Shown piece after piece: positions 1 through 11,979 of a stretch of 64,000 bases of DNA (position 1 is the first letter of the stretch; the number at the start of each line of letters is the position of its first letter). The translations under genes and the position numbers were made by a program. Below the pieces are notes generated by a model. It searched no databases, had not been told where the DNA came from, and saw only the letters and a list, made by a program, of their open reading frames with translations. Source of the stretch: Verrucomicrobiota bacterium (GTDB lineage Bacteria > Verrucomicrobiota > Verrucomicrobiia > Limisphaerales > J093). The stretch lies in assembly GCA_016716505.1 (NCBI GenBank), contig JADJWF010000002.1:471597-535596 (forward strand). Direction: 5' to 3'.

Positions 1-9
1 TGGCGTATT

Positions 10-777
<768 letters not shown>

Positions 778-804
778 GGTTGGAAAATCGTTGACGCGGG
801 ATTG

Positions 805-2246
<1,442 letters not shown>

Positions 2247-2250
<4 letters not shown>

Positions 2251-2717
2251 GAAATTGAGTGGCGATTCTTGCGACGCTGGCGGGCGCTGCATTCGGGACA
2301 AAGCCCACGGAGGGAAAGGTCCAGGCTGCGCATCTTGAAGCCGGGGGGCAATTGCGGCTCCAGGCCGGGTACCACGCCATCGGAGTCCACGTCGAAGGTG
2401 CCACCACATTCCTCGCAATAGAAGTGGTGGTGCTGCTTCATGTTGGAGCAGTACCGGGTGGCACCCCGGTCCTGTTTGACCTGCCGCACCAGGCCGCATT
2501 GCACCAGGGTGTCCAGGGTGTTGTACACCGTTGCCATGGATATCTCCGGCATGACCTGCTTGGCCCGCAGAAAGACCTCTTCCGCGCTCGGGTGATCGCG
2601 ATGCTGCAGCAGCACGCCATACACGCGGCGCCGCTGCTCCGTGAACCGCTGCCCGGTGCGGGCCAGGCGCTCGTTCAGGCGCTCGTCGGCGAGCTGGGTG
2701 ACACTGTCCTTCTTCAT
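2247..2717 (-). CDS. Fur-family metalloregulator (Fur/Zur/PerR-like)
   Basis: 156 aa with an N-terminal winged-helix region ([12 protein letters not shown]...[16 protein letters not shown]), an [10 protein letters not shown] motif and a CPEC cysteine pair typical of Fur-family metal sites. Translationally coupled to sufB. Confidence 0.85.
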
Positions 2718-2795
2718 TGGCGGGTGGAACGTAGGCGGGAAGTTCCCCGTGTCAAGATTTGGAGTAATTCCAAATTACCCCTTGGCTCCGGCAAA

Positions 2796-3836
2796 TCACA
2801 GGGCGTTCAGGCGGTCAATGAATTCGCGCAGGCGGCCGTATGACTTCCGATCAAAACCGAGCGCCACCCGTGGCAGTTCCGGGAAGTCTTCATCCTCGCG
2901 CTCTTCCGGGGTCGCCTCAATCACGCGCGCCGGGCCCTCCGGCATCATCTCGGCAAAGTCCTCGTTCAGCGCGGCCAGGGCCGTCGCCGACGGCGCGTGC
3001 TGCAGCCGGATCACGAGCTGGTCTTTCACAAAGCGGCTCGAGTGGTAATTCCGGTAGAAGCGGGTGATCCATTTCACCGCCTGCTCGGGCCGGTCCGTGA
3101 TCTGGTAGAGGTTCAGGTCTTCCGGCGAAATCAACTCGTTGCGCAACAGGTGGTCGCGGATGTGTTGATGCCACGTCTTCCAGAAGGTGCCGCCCGGCTT
3201 GTCAATCAGCACCAGCGGCATGAGCTGGCTCTTGCCCGTCTGCATCAGCGTCAGCGCCTCGTAGCCCTCGTCCAGCGTGCCGAACCCGCCGGGGAACAGC
3301 GCCAGCGCATCCGAGTGGCGGATGAACGTGAGTTTGCGGGTGAAGAAGTATTTGAACGTGATCAGCTTCTGATCGCGCTCGATCACCGGGTTCGCCGCCT
3401 GTTCCCACGGGAGCCGGATGTTGACCCCAAAACTCATCTCCGGTCCGGCGCCCTCGTGACCCGCCTGCATGATGCCCGGCCCGGCGCCGGTGATCACCAT
3501 GAAGCCCGCCGCTGCCATCTGCCGGCCAAACTCGACCGCCTGTCGGTACTCGGGGCGGTCCGGCTGCAGGCGCGCCGAACCAAAGATGGTGACCTTGCGC
3601 CGGCCCGCGTATGGCTCGAAGACCTTGAAGGCGTACCGCAACTCGCGCAGTGCCGTCTGGACGATCTTCATGTCGCCACGATGCTTTACATCCCGCAGCA
3701 ACTTCAGCGCGGTTCGCACCAGGTCGGCCACCAGGTCTGGATGGTGACCGCCTCCGACGGCGGCGATCAGGGCTTCGATTTGCTGGTCCAACTCGGTCTG
3801 ACGAGGGCCGGATTTGCGGCTCGGAGTGCGCGGCAT
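2796..3836 (-). CDS. LOG-family (TIGR00730 / PpnN-like) nucleotide 5'-monophosphate nucleosidase
   Basis: 346 aa containing TIFGSAR, ITGAGPGIMQAGHEGA and PGGFGTLDEGYEALTL, the LOG/lysine-decarboxylase-like signature motifs. Confidence 0.8.
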   Translation of the reverse strand: MPRTPSRKSGPRQTELDQQIEALIAAVGGGHHPDLVADLVRTALKLLRDVKHRGDMKIVQTALRELRYAFKVFEPYAGRRKVTIFGSARLQPDRPEYRQAVEFGRQMAAAGFMVITGAGPGIMQAGHEGAGPEMSFGVNIRLPWEQAANPVIERDQKLITFKYFFTRKLTFIRHSDALALFPGGFGTLDEGYEALTLMQTGKSQLMPLVLIDKPGGTFWKTWHQHIRDHLLRNELISPEDLNLYQITDRPEQAVKWITRFYRNYHSSRFVKDQLVIRLQHAPSATALAALNEDFAEMMPEGPARVIEATPEEREDEDFPELPRVALGFDRKSYGRLREFIDRLNAL

Positions 3837-3937
3837 GGCGTGAAGCTACCGAAATCCTCCGCCCTCGCAACCACCGCGCCCGGGTCGGGCAGCGGCGGGC
3901 TTGCCGGCCCTCGGCCGACCGTGGTTTGCTTGCGCGC

Positions 3938-6271
3938 ATGAACGCTCACTTTTCCTCCCTCGCAGTCCTTCTCATCGCGATGCCGGTCGCGCACGCCGCT
4001 GAGCTGCACGTCGCCCCTTCGGGCAGCGACGCCAATCCCGGCAGCCGCCGCGCGCCGTTTCGAACGATTCAGCGGGCTGCCGAGGCCGCGCAACCGGGCG
4101 ACGTGGTGACCGTTCACGCCGGCACCTACCGCGAGCGGATTAATCCACCCCGCGGCGGCCTTTCTGACCGCCGGCGCATTGTTTATCAGGCCGCCCGGGG
4201 CGAGCGCGTGGAGATCAAAGGATCGGAGGTTGTGACCGGCTGGACTCGCGTACAGGACGACGTCTGGCAGGTCACGTTGCCGAACTCCTTCTTCGGCAGC
4301 TTCAATCCTTACACCAACGTGATCCGCGGGGACTGGTTCAATCCCTTGGGGCGCGTTCACCACACTGGCGCGGTGTATCTGGACGGTGAGTGGCTGACGG
4401 AGGCGGCCAGTCTCGATGAAATCATGCTGCCGGCCGGCCAAAAACCCGCCTGGGTGGGCGGCGGCAGCGAGGACTATTTGCTGAACGTCGCGTGGTTCCG
4501 ACCGGGGCCGGCTTCTGCCAATCGTGACCGCATTCCGGCCGCCCGATTCTCGGCCCAGCACGGGGTTCAGTCCGCTCCGAGTTCCGAGGGTGGCGACTGT
4601 CTGGGCTGGATCAACGCGGGCGACTGGGTTCGCTATGAAAACGTGGACTTCGGGGCCGGCACCTCGGAAGTGGAACTGCGGGTCGCCTCCGCCGCAGCGG
4701 GCGGCGTCATCGAGTTGCGGCACAATTCGCCGGACGGCGAGTTGCTGGGCGCCGCGACCGTCCGGCACACCGGCGATTGGCAGGCCTGGACCTCAGTGAC
4801 CGCGCCGATCAAGAGCGTCAGCGGCACCCAAACCCTCTGTCTCGTCTTCCGGGGCGGGGCCACGACGCAGCGCAATCCGGCCATCAATCCGAATCTTTGG
4901 TTTGCCAAGGTGGAGGGTGGCCAGACGACTCTCTGGGCCCAGTTCCCGGGCGTGAATCCCAACGATCGGCTGGTCGAGATCAACGCGCGGCAGTCGGTCT
5001 TTTATCCGGACCAGCCGGGCCGCAACTTCATCACCGTGCGCGGCTTCATTCTCCGGCACGCCGCCACGCCCTGGGCGCCGCCCACCGCCGAGCAGATTGG
5101 CCTGATCGGCACGCACTGGAGCAAGGGCTGGATCATCGAGAGCAACATCGTCAGCCACTCGGTTTGCACGGGAATCACGCTCGGCAAGCACGGTGATGAG
5201 TTTGACAACACCTCCGCCGACACCGCCGAGGGGTACGTGAAGACCATCGAACGCGCCCATGCCTTTCGCATCCCGTGGACGCGGGAGCACATCGGCCACC
5301 ACATTGTGCGCGGCAACACCATTTCCCACTGTGAGCAGGCCGGCATCGTGGGCAGCCTCGGTCCGGCGTTCAGCCTCGTGGAGGGGAATGTCATCCACGA
5401 CATCCACGTGCGCCGCCTTTTCACGGGGGCCGAGATGGCGGGCATCAAGTTCCACGCCGCGATTGACACCGTGATCCGCCAGAACCGCATCTTCCGCACG
5501 AACATGGGGCTGTGGCTGGACTGGATGGCCCAGGGCACGCGCGTGTCGCGCAACCTCTTTTATGACAACGCCGGCCAGGACCTTTTCGTCGAGGTCAATC
5601 ACGGCCCGTTCGTCGTGGACAACAACCTCTTCCTGTCACCCACCTCAATCCTCGACATGTCCGAAGGCGGGGCGTACGTCCACAACCTCTTCGCCGGCAA
5701 GATCACCAACCGCCCCGAACCGTCGCGCGACACGCCGTACCACCCGCCCCACAGCACGGTGGTGGCCGGGCTCGCGAAAACCACGGGGGGAGACAACCGC
5801 TTCTTCAACAACCTTTTCATCGGCACCGGGGAATCCCCGACCATCGGCCAGCGGGGTAATCTTAAAGAACTCCGGTGGATCAGCAGTCACGGCCTGTGGG
5901 GCTACGACGGCCGGGAGTTTCCAACACTCGCGGCCGGCAACGTGTACTACTACGGCGCGGAGCCCGCGGCCCAGGAGGTCAGCCCGCTGGTTCGCCGTGA
6001 GCACAATCCCGCGCCGCAATTGAGCGAGGACCACGACCGCGTGACCTTGCGGCTCACGCTGGACGACGCGATCGTCCAGGCGCGAACCGTCCGCGTGGAC
6101 ACCGCGCGGCTCGGCAAAACCAAGGTCGCCAATCTGCCCTACGTGAACGCAGATGGTTCGCCTCTCGTGGTGGACCGGGACTATCGCGGCCGACGCCGAA
6201 GCAATTTGAAGCCAACACCGGGGCCGTTTGCGAAGGTGCCATCCGGACCGACCGCGGTGCGCGTGTGGTGA
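3938..6271 (+). CDS. Secreted right-handed beta-helix protein with DUF1565-like N-terminus and an internal CBM6-like module
   Basis: The ATG at 3938 gives a signal peptide (MNAHFSSLAVLLIAMPVAHAAE) followed by LHVAPSGSDANPGS...TIQRAAEAAQPGDVVTVHAGTY. The CBM6-like block is GWINAGDWVRYENVDFGAGTSEVELRVAS...TGDWQAWTSVTA. Parallel beta-helix repeat motifs follow. Codons from 3650 upstream are Arg-rich and overlap the LOG gene in antisense. Confidence 0.75.
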   Translation: MNAHFSSLAVLLIAMPVAHAAELHVAPSGSDANPGSRRAPFRTIQRAAEAAQPGDVVTVHAGTYRERINPPRGGLSDRRRIVYQAARGERVEIKGSEVVTGWTRVQDDVWQVTLPNSFFGSFNPYTNVIRGDWFNPLGRVHHTGAVYLDGEWLTEAASLDEIMLPAGQKPAWVGGGSEDYLLNVAWFRPGPASANRDRIPAARFSAQHGVQSAPSSEGGDCLGWINAGDWVRYENVDFGAGTSEVELRVASAAAGGVIELRHNSPDGELLGAATVRHTGDWQAWTSVTAPIKSVSGTQTLCLVFRGGATTQRNPAINPNLWFAKVEGGQTTLWAQFPGVNPNDRLVEINARQSVFYPDQPGRNFITVRGFILRHAATPWAPPTAEQIGLIGTHWSKGWIIESNIVSHSVCTGITLGKHGDEFDNTSADTAEGYVKTIERAHAFRIPWTREHIGHHIVRGNTISHCEQAGIVGSLGPAFSLVEGNVIHDIHVRRLFTGAEMAGIKFHAAIDTVIRQNRIFRTNMGLWLDWMAQGTRVSRNLFYDNAGQDLFVEVNHGPFVVDNNLFLSPTSILDMSEGGAYVHNLFAGKITNRPEPSRDTPYHPPHSTVVAGLAKTTGGDNRFFNNLFIGTGESPTIGQRGNLKELRWISSHGLWGYDGREFPTLAAGNVYYYGAEPAAQEVSPLVRREHNPAPQLSEDHDRVTLRLTLDDAIVQARTVRVDTARLGKTKVANLPYVNADGSPLVVDRDYRGRRRSNLKPTPGPFAKVPSGPTAVRVW

Positions 6272-6326
6272 TCCGGCCAACGACGATTGCCCGCCGCCGG
6301 CGGCGCGCCGGCGGCTCCCGACGGCC

Positions 6327-7766
6327 TCACTTGCCTGCCGTGATCAGATGCCGCAGCCGGTGATACACCTGATCGGATTCGATCGGACCGGCGGGCAATT
6401 GGCCCGGCTTGCCGGTGAGCATCACCGGCCAGTCTGCCTGATTTGCGGACCGGACACCGTGGGAACCTTTGACCAGTCCCGCGTCGAGGGGAATCACATC
6501 CATCAACATCCGGAAGCCGAGCCGCTTCTGGAGCAGCCGCCACGCGATTTTTGCCCGCAGCCCGAGAGGTGAAAATGACGGATCGGCGAACAACTCGACC
6601 GGGTCGTAGCCGGGTTTGCGATGGATGTCCACGCAGCGGGCGAAGTCCGGCGCAACCGCGTCATCCAGCCAGTAGTAGTAGGTGAACCACGAGTTCTGCG
6701 GTGCCACGGCGATGAGGTCCCCGGCTCGCGGGTGATCCAGACCCGCGGCGGCTTTCTCAGCCGCCCCCAGCACCTCTGCGCCCGTCTGCTCGATCACCTC
6801 CCGCACCTCCCCGGCAATCCGCGGATCGCTCAGATACACATGCGCCACCTGGTGATCCGCCACCGCGAAGACCTGACTCGCGCCACAGTCCAGCAGTTCC
6901 CGCCCCAGTTCCTCGCGCACGGCGATCCAACCCCGCCGCCGAAACTCGCGGTTCAGGTGAATGGGTCGCTCCACGTTCACCAAGCCGTACTCGGACAACA
7001 CGATCACCTGCACCCCGCGCGCCTCGAAGAAAGCAATCAGTTCGCCCGCGATCGCGTCACTGGCCCGCAGGTCCGGGACAATTTGCGCCTTCAGCCGCGG
7101 ACCGTCCGACGGGCCGTCGCTGACGCCGTACCGCTGCAGGTTGTAGTCCAGGTGGGGCAGGTAAATGAGGTTGAGCGTCGGCTGAAACCGACCTTCGATC
7201 CACTTGGCCGACTCCGCGATCCAGCGGGTCGCTGCGTCGGGGCCGCCCTGCGGCGACGTCACGCCCGCCGCCGGTCCCCAGAAGGTGGCGAACGGGAACG
7301 GCCCAAGATCGCGCTGGATCTCGTGCCGCACGGCCGCGGGCCGCGTGTAAATGTCGAACACCTTGCGGCCGTCTGCCGGGTACATCGGCCGCGGTGTGAT
7401 CGAGTAATCGGCGGTCGAGTACATGTTGAACCACCAGAACAGCTTGGCGCAGGTGAACTGCGGGTCGCAGGCGCGCAGTTCGTCCCAGAGTTTGGGCGCG
7501 GTGACCAGGTGGTTGGACTGCTTCCAAAAATGCACCTCCGCCAGCTCGCGGTGATACCAGCCATTGCCGACGATGCCGTGGTCCCGCGGCAGCCGGCCGG
7601 TGAGATAGTTCGCTTGGGCGGTGCAGGTCACCGCCGGGAAGGCCGGTGCGATCGGCGCGAATGAGCCCCGTTCGCGAAAACGCCGCAGATGCGGCGTGTG
7701 CTCGCTGAGCAGAGTGCCGCTGAGGCCGACCACGTTCAGGACAGCGGTCCGTTGCATGGGGTTCAT
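6327..7766 (-). CDS. Alkaline-phosphatase superfamily protein (nucleotide pyrophosphatase/phosphodiesterase-like, EboF-like)
   Basis: Motifs VVGLSG, FPAVTCTAQANYLTGRLPRDHGIVGNGW and LPHLDY are typical of the AP/NPP superfamily. The likely ATG at 7766 forms an ATGA overlap with the stop of the upstream DHQS-like gene. Confidence 0.8.
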   Translation of the reverse strand: MNPMQRTAVLNVVGLSGTLLSEHTPHLRRFRERGSFAPIAPAFPAVTCTAQANYLTGRLPRDHGIVGNGWYHRELAEVHFWKQSNHLVTAPKLWDELRACDPQFTCAKLFWWFNMYSTADYSITPRPMYPADGRKVFDIYTRPAAVRHEIQRDLGPFPFATFWGPAAGVTSPQGGPDAATRWIAESAKWIEGRFQPTLNLIYLPHLDYNLQRYGVSDGPSDGPRLKAQIVPDLRASDAIAGELIAFFEARGVQVIVLSEYGLVNVERPIHLNREFRRRGWIAVREELGRELLDCGASQVFAVADHQVAHVYLSDPRIAGEVREVIEQTGAEVLGAAEKAAAGLDHPRAGDLIAVAPQNSWFTYYYWLDDAVAPDFARCVDIHRKPGYDPVELFADPSFSPLGLRAKIAWRLLQKRLGFRMLMDVIPLDAGLVKGSHGVRSANQADWPVMLTGKPGQLPAGPIESDQVYHRLRHLITAGK

Positions 7767-9172
7767 CCGCCTGCGCCGCAACGCGGGCGGGCGCGCCAGG
7801 CCAATTCCTCGATCGCGTCGGCGACGATCGCCTCGTTCATCGTGTGAACCTCGACTCCCCGACCGACGCCGGCGAGCAGCGTCACCGTCAATTCGCCGCC
7901 CAGATGCTCGCGAAACTCTTCCAGCCCACGCAGGACAGCGAGCCGCCCGGACGGCTCGCGGAGACGGAGTGCTTCGGCGAACAAGTCGAAGCCCAAGAGA
8001 CCCAGCAGCGCCAGCACGCGGTCGCCTTCCGCCGCGTCCAGCAGGCCCACCCGGCGCGAATAGAGCGTGTCCAAGGCGACGCCGATGGCCACGGCCTCCC
8101 CGTGACGGATCCGATAGTCGGAGAGTTGCTCCAGCTTGTGCGCCGACCAGTGCCCAAAATCCAGCGGTCGGGCGGAGCCGAACTCGAAGGGATCGCCGCT
8201 GCTGGCGATGTGGTTCACGTGGAGTTCGGCGCTGCGGCGGATCAACGCGCGCACCGGCTCCGGCTCAAAGGCCGCCAGCCGCGCGGCATCGCGTTCGATG
8301 GTCTCGAAAAACGCGGCATCACGGATGAGCGCAACTTTGACCGCCTCGGCCAGGCCCCCCCGCCGTTCGCGCGCGGGCAGCGTGGAAAGCAGGTCGAAGT
8401 CATTCAGCACGGCAAACGGGGGGGCAAATGCGCCGAGGAAATTCTTTTTGCCGAAGGCGTTCACACCGTTCTTCACGCCCACGCCGGAATCGGCTTGGGC
8501 CAGCGTGGTGCTGGGCAGGCGAACGTGCCGCACCCCACGATGCGCGGTGGCGGCGGCAAACCCCACCACATCAAGATGCGCCCCGCCCCCGACCGCGAGC
8601 ACGTACGAGTGGCGGCAAATCCCGTGTTGTTCGATGGCAGCCTGAACCTGCCCGACCAGCGCCGGGTCATTCTTCGCCGCCTCCCCGCCGGGGAGCACCA
8701 CCGGGGGCGCCACCAGCCGGGCCGAACCGCGCCGCGCCTCGAAGTACCCGACGACGAGCGCCGGAAGGTCCGGCCTGGCCTGCACCAGCCCGGCATCCAA
8801 GGTGACCAGCACCCTGGCCGGACCGGGACTCGCGGTCAGCAAATCCGCGAGCAACGGATTCGCAGCGCGGAACGCGCCCTCGGTGAAGAAGACGCGATGC
8901 CGGAAGGACACTGGAATCTCACGCTCCAGAGACTGCACGCCGGCAGCATGATCCGTTTGGGCGCCCTTGGCGAGGGCGGGGTGGTCACGGGCCACGCATC
9001 GCGCCGGTGGCGGTTGCAGTATGGAGCCGAAGCACCATTGGCCTGCGGGAGGCGTGAGGCCCCGCCAGGATGGGGACCGGGAGCCTTCCGGGGGAGTCCT
9101 TACTTGCCGGAGATCGCCTGCCACTTTGACTAATGGGAGGTTTTCGGTTGTCCGACCCGGGTTAGCGGTCAA
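7763..9172 (-). CDS. 3-dehydroquinate-synthase-like sugar phosphate cyclase (DHQS superfamily, EboD-like, not canonical AroB)
   Basis: Contains LAVGGGAHLDVVGFAAATAHRGVRHVRLPSTTLAQADSGVGVKNGVNAFGKKNFLGAF and HWSAHKLE...HGEAVAIG. The start is uncertain: the first 78 codons look non-homologous, and a GTG at 8938 (VQSLEREIPVSFRH...) is a plausible true start. Confidence 0.78.
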   Translation of the reverse strand: MTANPGRTTENLPLVKVAGDLRQVRTPPEGSRSPSWRGLTPPAGQWCFGSILQPPPARCVARDHPALAKGAQTDHAAGVQSLEREIPVSFRHRVFFTEGAFRAANPLLADLLTASPGPARVLVTLDAGLVQARPDLPALVVGYFEARRGSARLVAPPVVLPGGEAAKNDPALVGQVQAAIEQHGICRHSYVLAVGGGAHLDVVGFAAATAHRGVRHVRLPSTTLAQADSGVGVKNGVNAFGKKNFLGAFAPPFAVLNDFDLLSTLPARERRGGLAEAVKVALIRDAAFFETIERDAARLAAFEPEPVRALIRRSAELHVNHIASSGDPFEFGSARPLDFGHWSAHKLEQLSDYRIRHGEAVAIGVALDTLYSRRVGLLDAAEGDRVLALLGLLGFDLFAEALRLREPSGRLAVLRGLEEFREHLGGELTVTLLAGVGRGVEVHTMNEAIVADAIEELAWRARPRCGAGG

Positions 9173-9199
9173 ACTCCCGGCCCACCTTGGTGGTGCGGG

Positions 9200-11119
9200 A
9201 TGTCCTCGATCGTGTCCTCAGAAGCCATTTTGCTCCTGCTGCTCATTGCCGGGCCGATGATTTTCGGTGCGGCCGCCTGGGGCGTGCGGACGGAATCCGC
9301 CCGCCGGGGCGTCGTGCTGGCGGCGGTGGGATGTGTAGTCGCCAGCGGTTTGGCCCTAGCGCTCCGCGGGCCGTTTGTGCTTGCGGGCGCCCGGTGGCTG
9401 GAGCCGCTGGGCGGGATCCTGGAGGCCGCGCTGGTCGGCGTCTTTTTCGCCCTCGGCGTGTGTCGCCGAATGTGGCTGGTGGCCGCCGCCGCCGGCGTGC
9501 AGGCGGGGTTGCTGGTCTGGGAGCACTTCGGCGCCGACCCGGCCAGTTCCGTGGCACCGCCGTTCATCGTGGATCCTTTGTCCCTGCTCCTGGTGCTTAT
9601 CATCACGCTGGTGGGTTCGGTGATCCTCCTGCATGGGATCGGGTACATGGGCCGGCACGCGGAACACGCTCCGCCAACTGCCGCCCAGAACGGCCGTTTC
9701 TTTCTGGTTCTGATTGGCTTTCTGGGGCTGATGAACGGCCTGGTGCTGGCAGACAGCCTGCGGTGGTTCGCGGTGTTCTGGGAGGGTACGACGCTCTGTT
9801 CGTACTTCCTGATCGGTCACGACGGCACGGAGGAAGCCAAGGCGAGCGCGCGGCGGGCGCTGACCCTCAACGCGCTCGGCGGAGCGATGTTGTCGCTGGG
9901 CATGGTGTGGGATCACCGCCAGGGGGGCACGGGCTTGATCAGCAACCTGATCGCCAATCCCGCCTCCACGCCGCTGGTCTTTCTGCTGACGGCCGCGTTT
10001 GTGAAGTCGGCGCAGATGCCGTTTCAGAGCTGGCTGCTGGGGGCCATGGTGGCGCCCACGCCGGTGTCCGCACTGCTGCATTCCAGCACGATGGTGAAGG
10101 CGGGTTCGTACCTCGTGCTGCGGCTCGCGCCGGCGTTTGCCAGCACGCCGCTGGCCCTGGTGATCGCCCTGGCCGGGGCCTTCACCTTCGCGGCCACCTC
10201 GGCGATGGCGATCAGCCAGAGCAACGCCAAGAAGGTGCTGGCTTACTCGACGATCGCCAACCTCGGCCTGATCGTCGCGTGTTCCGGCATCAACACGCCG
10301 CTGGCCTACGCCGCCGCGCTCGTGGTGCTGGTGTATCACGCGATCTCGAAGGCGCTGTTGTTCCTCTGCGTCGGCACCATCGAACAGCAGATCGGCAGCC
10401 GGCACATTGACGCGATGGGGGGAATCTTCTTCAAGCTGCCCCTCACGACAACCATCGCCGCGCTGGGCATGATTTCGATGATGGCGCCGCCTTTCGGAAT
10501 GCTGGTCGGCAAATGGATGGCCATCGTCTCCGCCGGCCAGACGCCCCTGGTCCTGGTGCTGCTGGTCATCGGCAGTGCCCTGACCATTTTCTTCTGGGGC
10601 AAGTGGCTGGGGCGGATTGTCACCACGGCCTATCACGAGAAATATCACCTCGAGAAAATCCCGCGGACGATGAGCGCGGCGCTCGTGGTGCTCGGCGCAA
10701 TGGTCCTCGTCGCCGGTGCCGGGGTCATGACGGTGTACCGGGCATGGTTGCGACCGCTGGCCATCTCGACCCTTTCGCACGTTTATCTTCAGCCCGATTC
10801 ACTCGGGCTGCTTCAGTCGGTGGACAGTTTCATGGGCTGGCCGATCATGGTGACGTTGCTGGTGGTGGTGCTGGCGGGGCTGGCCTCGTTCTTCGGGCTG
10901 CGCCGCACGCAGGTTCGTCTGCCCTACTTGTGCGGCGAGAACGTCGTCGTCGGCACGCGGACCTTCGAGTTCCGGTCGGTGATGGACCAGCGCACGACCG
11001 CCCAGGTCACCAGCTACTATTTCACGCACCTGTTTGGGGAGGAAACCATGACCCGCTGGGCCAACCTGGTGGCGCTGCTCATTCTCCTGAGCCTGTTCGC
11101 CCGCGTCAGCCTGGCATGA
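9200..11119 (+). CDS. echA: Ech hydrogenase membrane subunit A (NuoL/HyfB-like antiporter-type subunit)
   Basis: 639-aa polytopic membrane protein with a NuoL/Mrp-antiporter-like core (WEGTTLCSYFLIGH, FVKSAQMPFQSWLLGAM.APTPVSALLHSSTMVKAG). It is the first gene of the hydrogenase operon. Confidence 0.85.
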   Translation: MSSIVSSEAILLLLLIAGPMIFGAAAWGVRTESARRGVVLAAVGCVVASGLALALRGPFVLAGARWLEPLGGILEAALVGVFFALGVCRRMWLVAAAAGVQAGLLVWEHFGADPASSVAPPFIVDPLSLLLVLIITLVGSVILLHGIGYMGRHAEHAPPTAAQNGRFFLVLIGFLGLMNGLVLADSLRWFAVFWEGTTLCSYFLIGHDGTEEAKASARRALTLNALGGAMLSLGMVWDHRQGGTGLISNLIANPASTPLVFLLTAAFVKSAQMPFQSWLLGAMVAPTPVSALLHSSTMVKAGSYLVLRLAPAFASTPLALVIALAGAFTFAATSAMAISQSNAKKVLAYSTIANLGLIVACSGINTPLAYAAALVVLVYHAISKALLFLCVGTIEQQIGSRHIDAMGGIFFKLPLTTTIAALGMISMMAPPFGMLVGKWMAIVSAGQTPLVLVLLVIGSALTIFFWGKWLGRIVTTAYHEKYHLEKIPRTMSAALVVLGAMVLVAGAGVMTVYRAWLRPLAISTLSHVYLQPDSLGLLQSVDSFMGWPIMVTLLVVVLAGLASFFGLRRTQVRLPYLCGENVVVGTRTFEFRSVMDQRTTAQVTSYYFTHLFGEETMTRWANLVALLILLSLFARVSLA

Positions 11120-11967
11120 GCACGCGCATGACCCTTGGCCTGGCCGCCGTGGTGCTGGCCCCGATTGTGGGCGGCCTGATCCGCGGGCTGGACCGCGTCT
11201 TGACCGCCCGGTTGCAGGGCCGTCAGGGGCCGCCGCTGCTCCAGCCTTTTTTTGACATCATCAAGCTGTTCCAGAAGGAGCCGGTGGTGGTCAACCGCAC
11301 GCAGGTCTTCTACGCCTACCTGCACCTGGCCCTGATCGCCCTCGCCACCTTCATGCTCGCCACGGGCGGCGACGCGCTGATGCTGCTGTTCATTCTGGCC
11401 TTCTCGACCCTGGCGTTGGTGATCGGCGCGATGAGTGTCCGTTCGCCCTTCAGCCGCATCGGCGCGCAGCGGGAGATCGTGATGATGGTGGCCTACGAAC
11501 CGATCCTCATTCTGATGGTCATCGGTTTCTACCTGGCGAACGGCAGTTTCCGGCTGCAGAGCGTGTACGAGGCGTCGCGCCCGATGTTGCTCTCGCTGCC
11601 GCTGGTGTTCATCGCCTACCTCAGCGTGGTGATGATCAAGTTCCAGAAATCGCCGTTCGACCTCGCCACGTCGCACCACGCGCACCAGGAAATCGTCAAG
11701 GGGGTGACGCTCGAGTTCGCCGGGCCGTACCTGGGCATGATCGAACTGGCGCATTGCTACGAGGCGGCGTTCTTCCTCGGTCTGGCGGGCCTGTTCTGGG
11801 CAACGAATGCCTGGATGGCCGCGCTGCTGGCGGCCGGTGTTTTTGCCGTCACCCTGTTGCTGGACAATCTTTGCGCGCGGCTGACGACCCACTGGATGTT
11901 CCGCTTCATGTGGACGGTGGTCTTCGGCCTCGCACTGACCAACATCATCTGGCTGTACTGGCGGTAA
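11116..11967 (+). CDS. echB: Ech hydrogenase membrane subunit B (NuoH/HycD-like)
   Basis: Starts at MSTRMTLGLAAVVLAPIVGG with an ATGA overlap on echA. Has the motif ARLQGRQGPPLLQPFFDIIKLFQKE, and FQKSPFDLATSHHAHQEIVKGVTLEF is typical of the NuoH/HycD family. Confidence 0.85.
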   Translation: MSTRMTLGLAAVVLAPIVGGLIRGLDRVLTARLQGRQGPPLLQPFFDIIKLFQKEPVVVNRTQVFYAYLHLALIALATFMLATGGDALMLLFILAFSTLALVIGAMSVRSPFSRIGAQREIVMMVAYEPILILMVIGFYLANGSFRLQSVYEASRPMLLSLPLVFIAYLSVVMIKFQKSPFDLATSHHAHQEIVKGVTLEFAGPYLGMIELAHCYEAAFFLGLAGLFWATNAWMAALLAAGVFAVTLLLDNLCARLTTHWMFRFMWTVVFGLALTNIIWLYWR

Positions 11968-11979
11968 CGAAACCAAACC

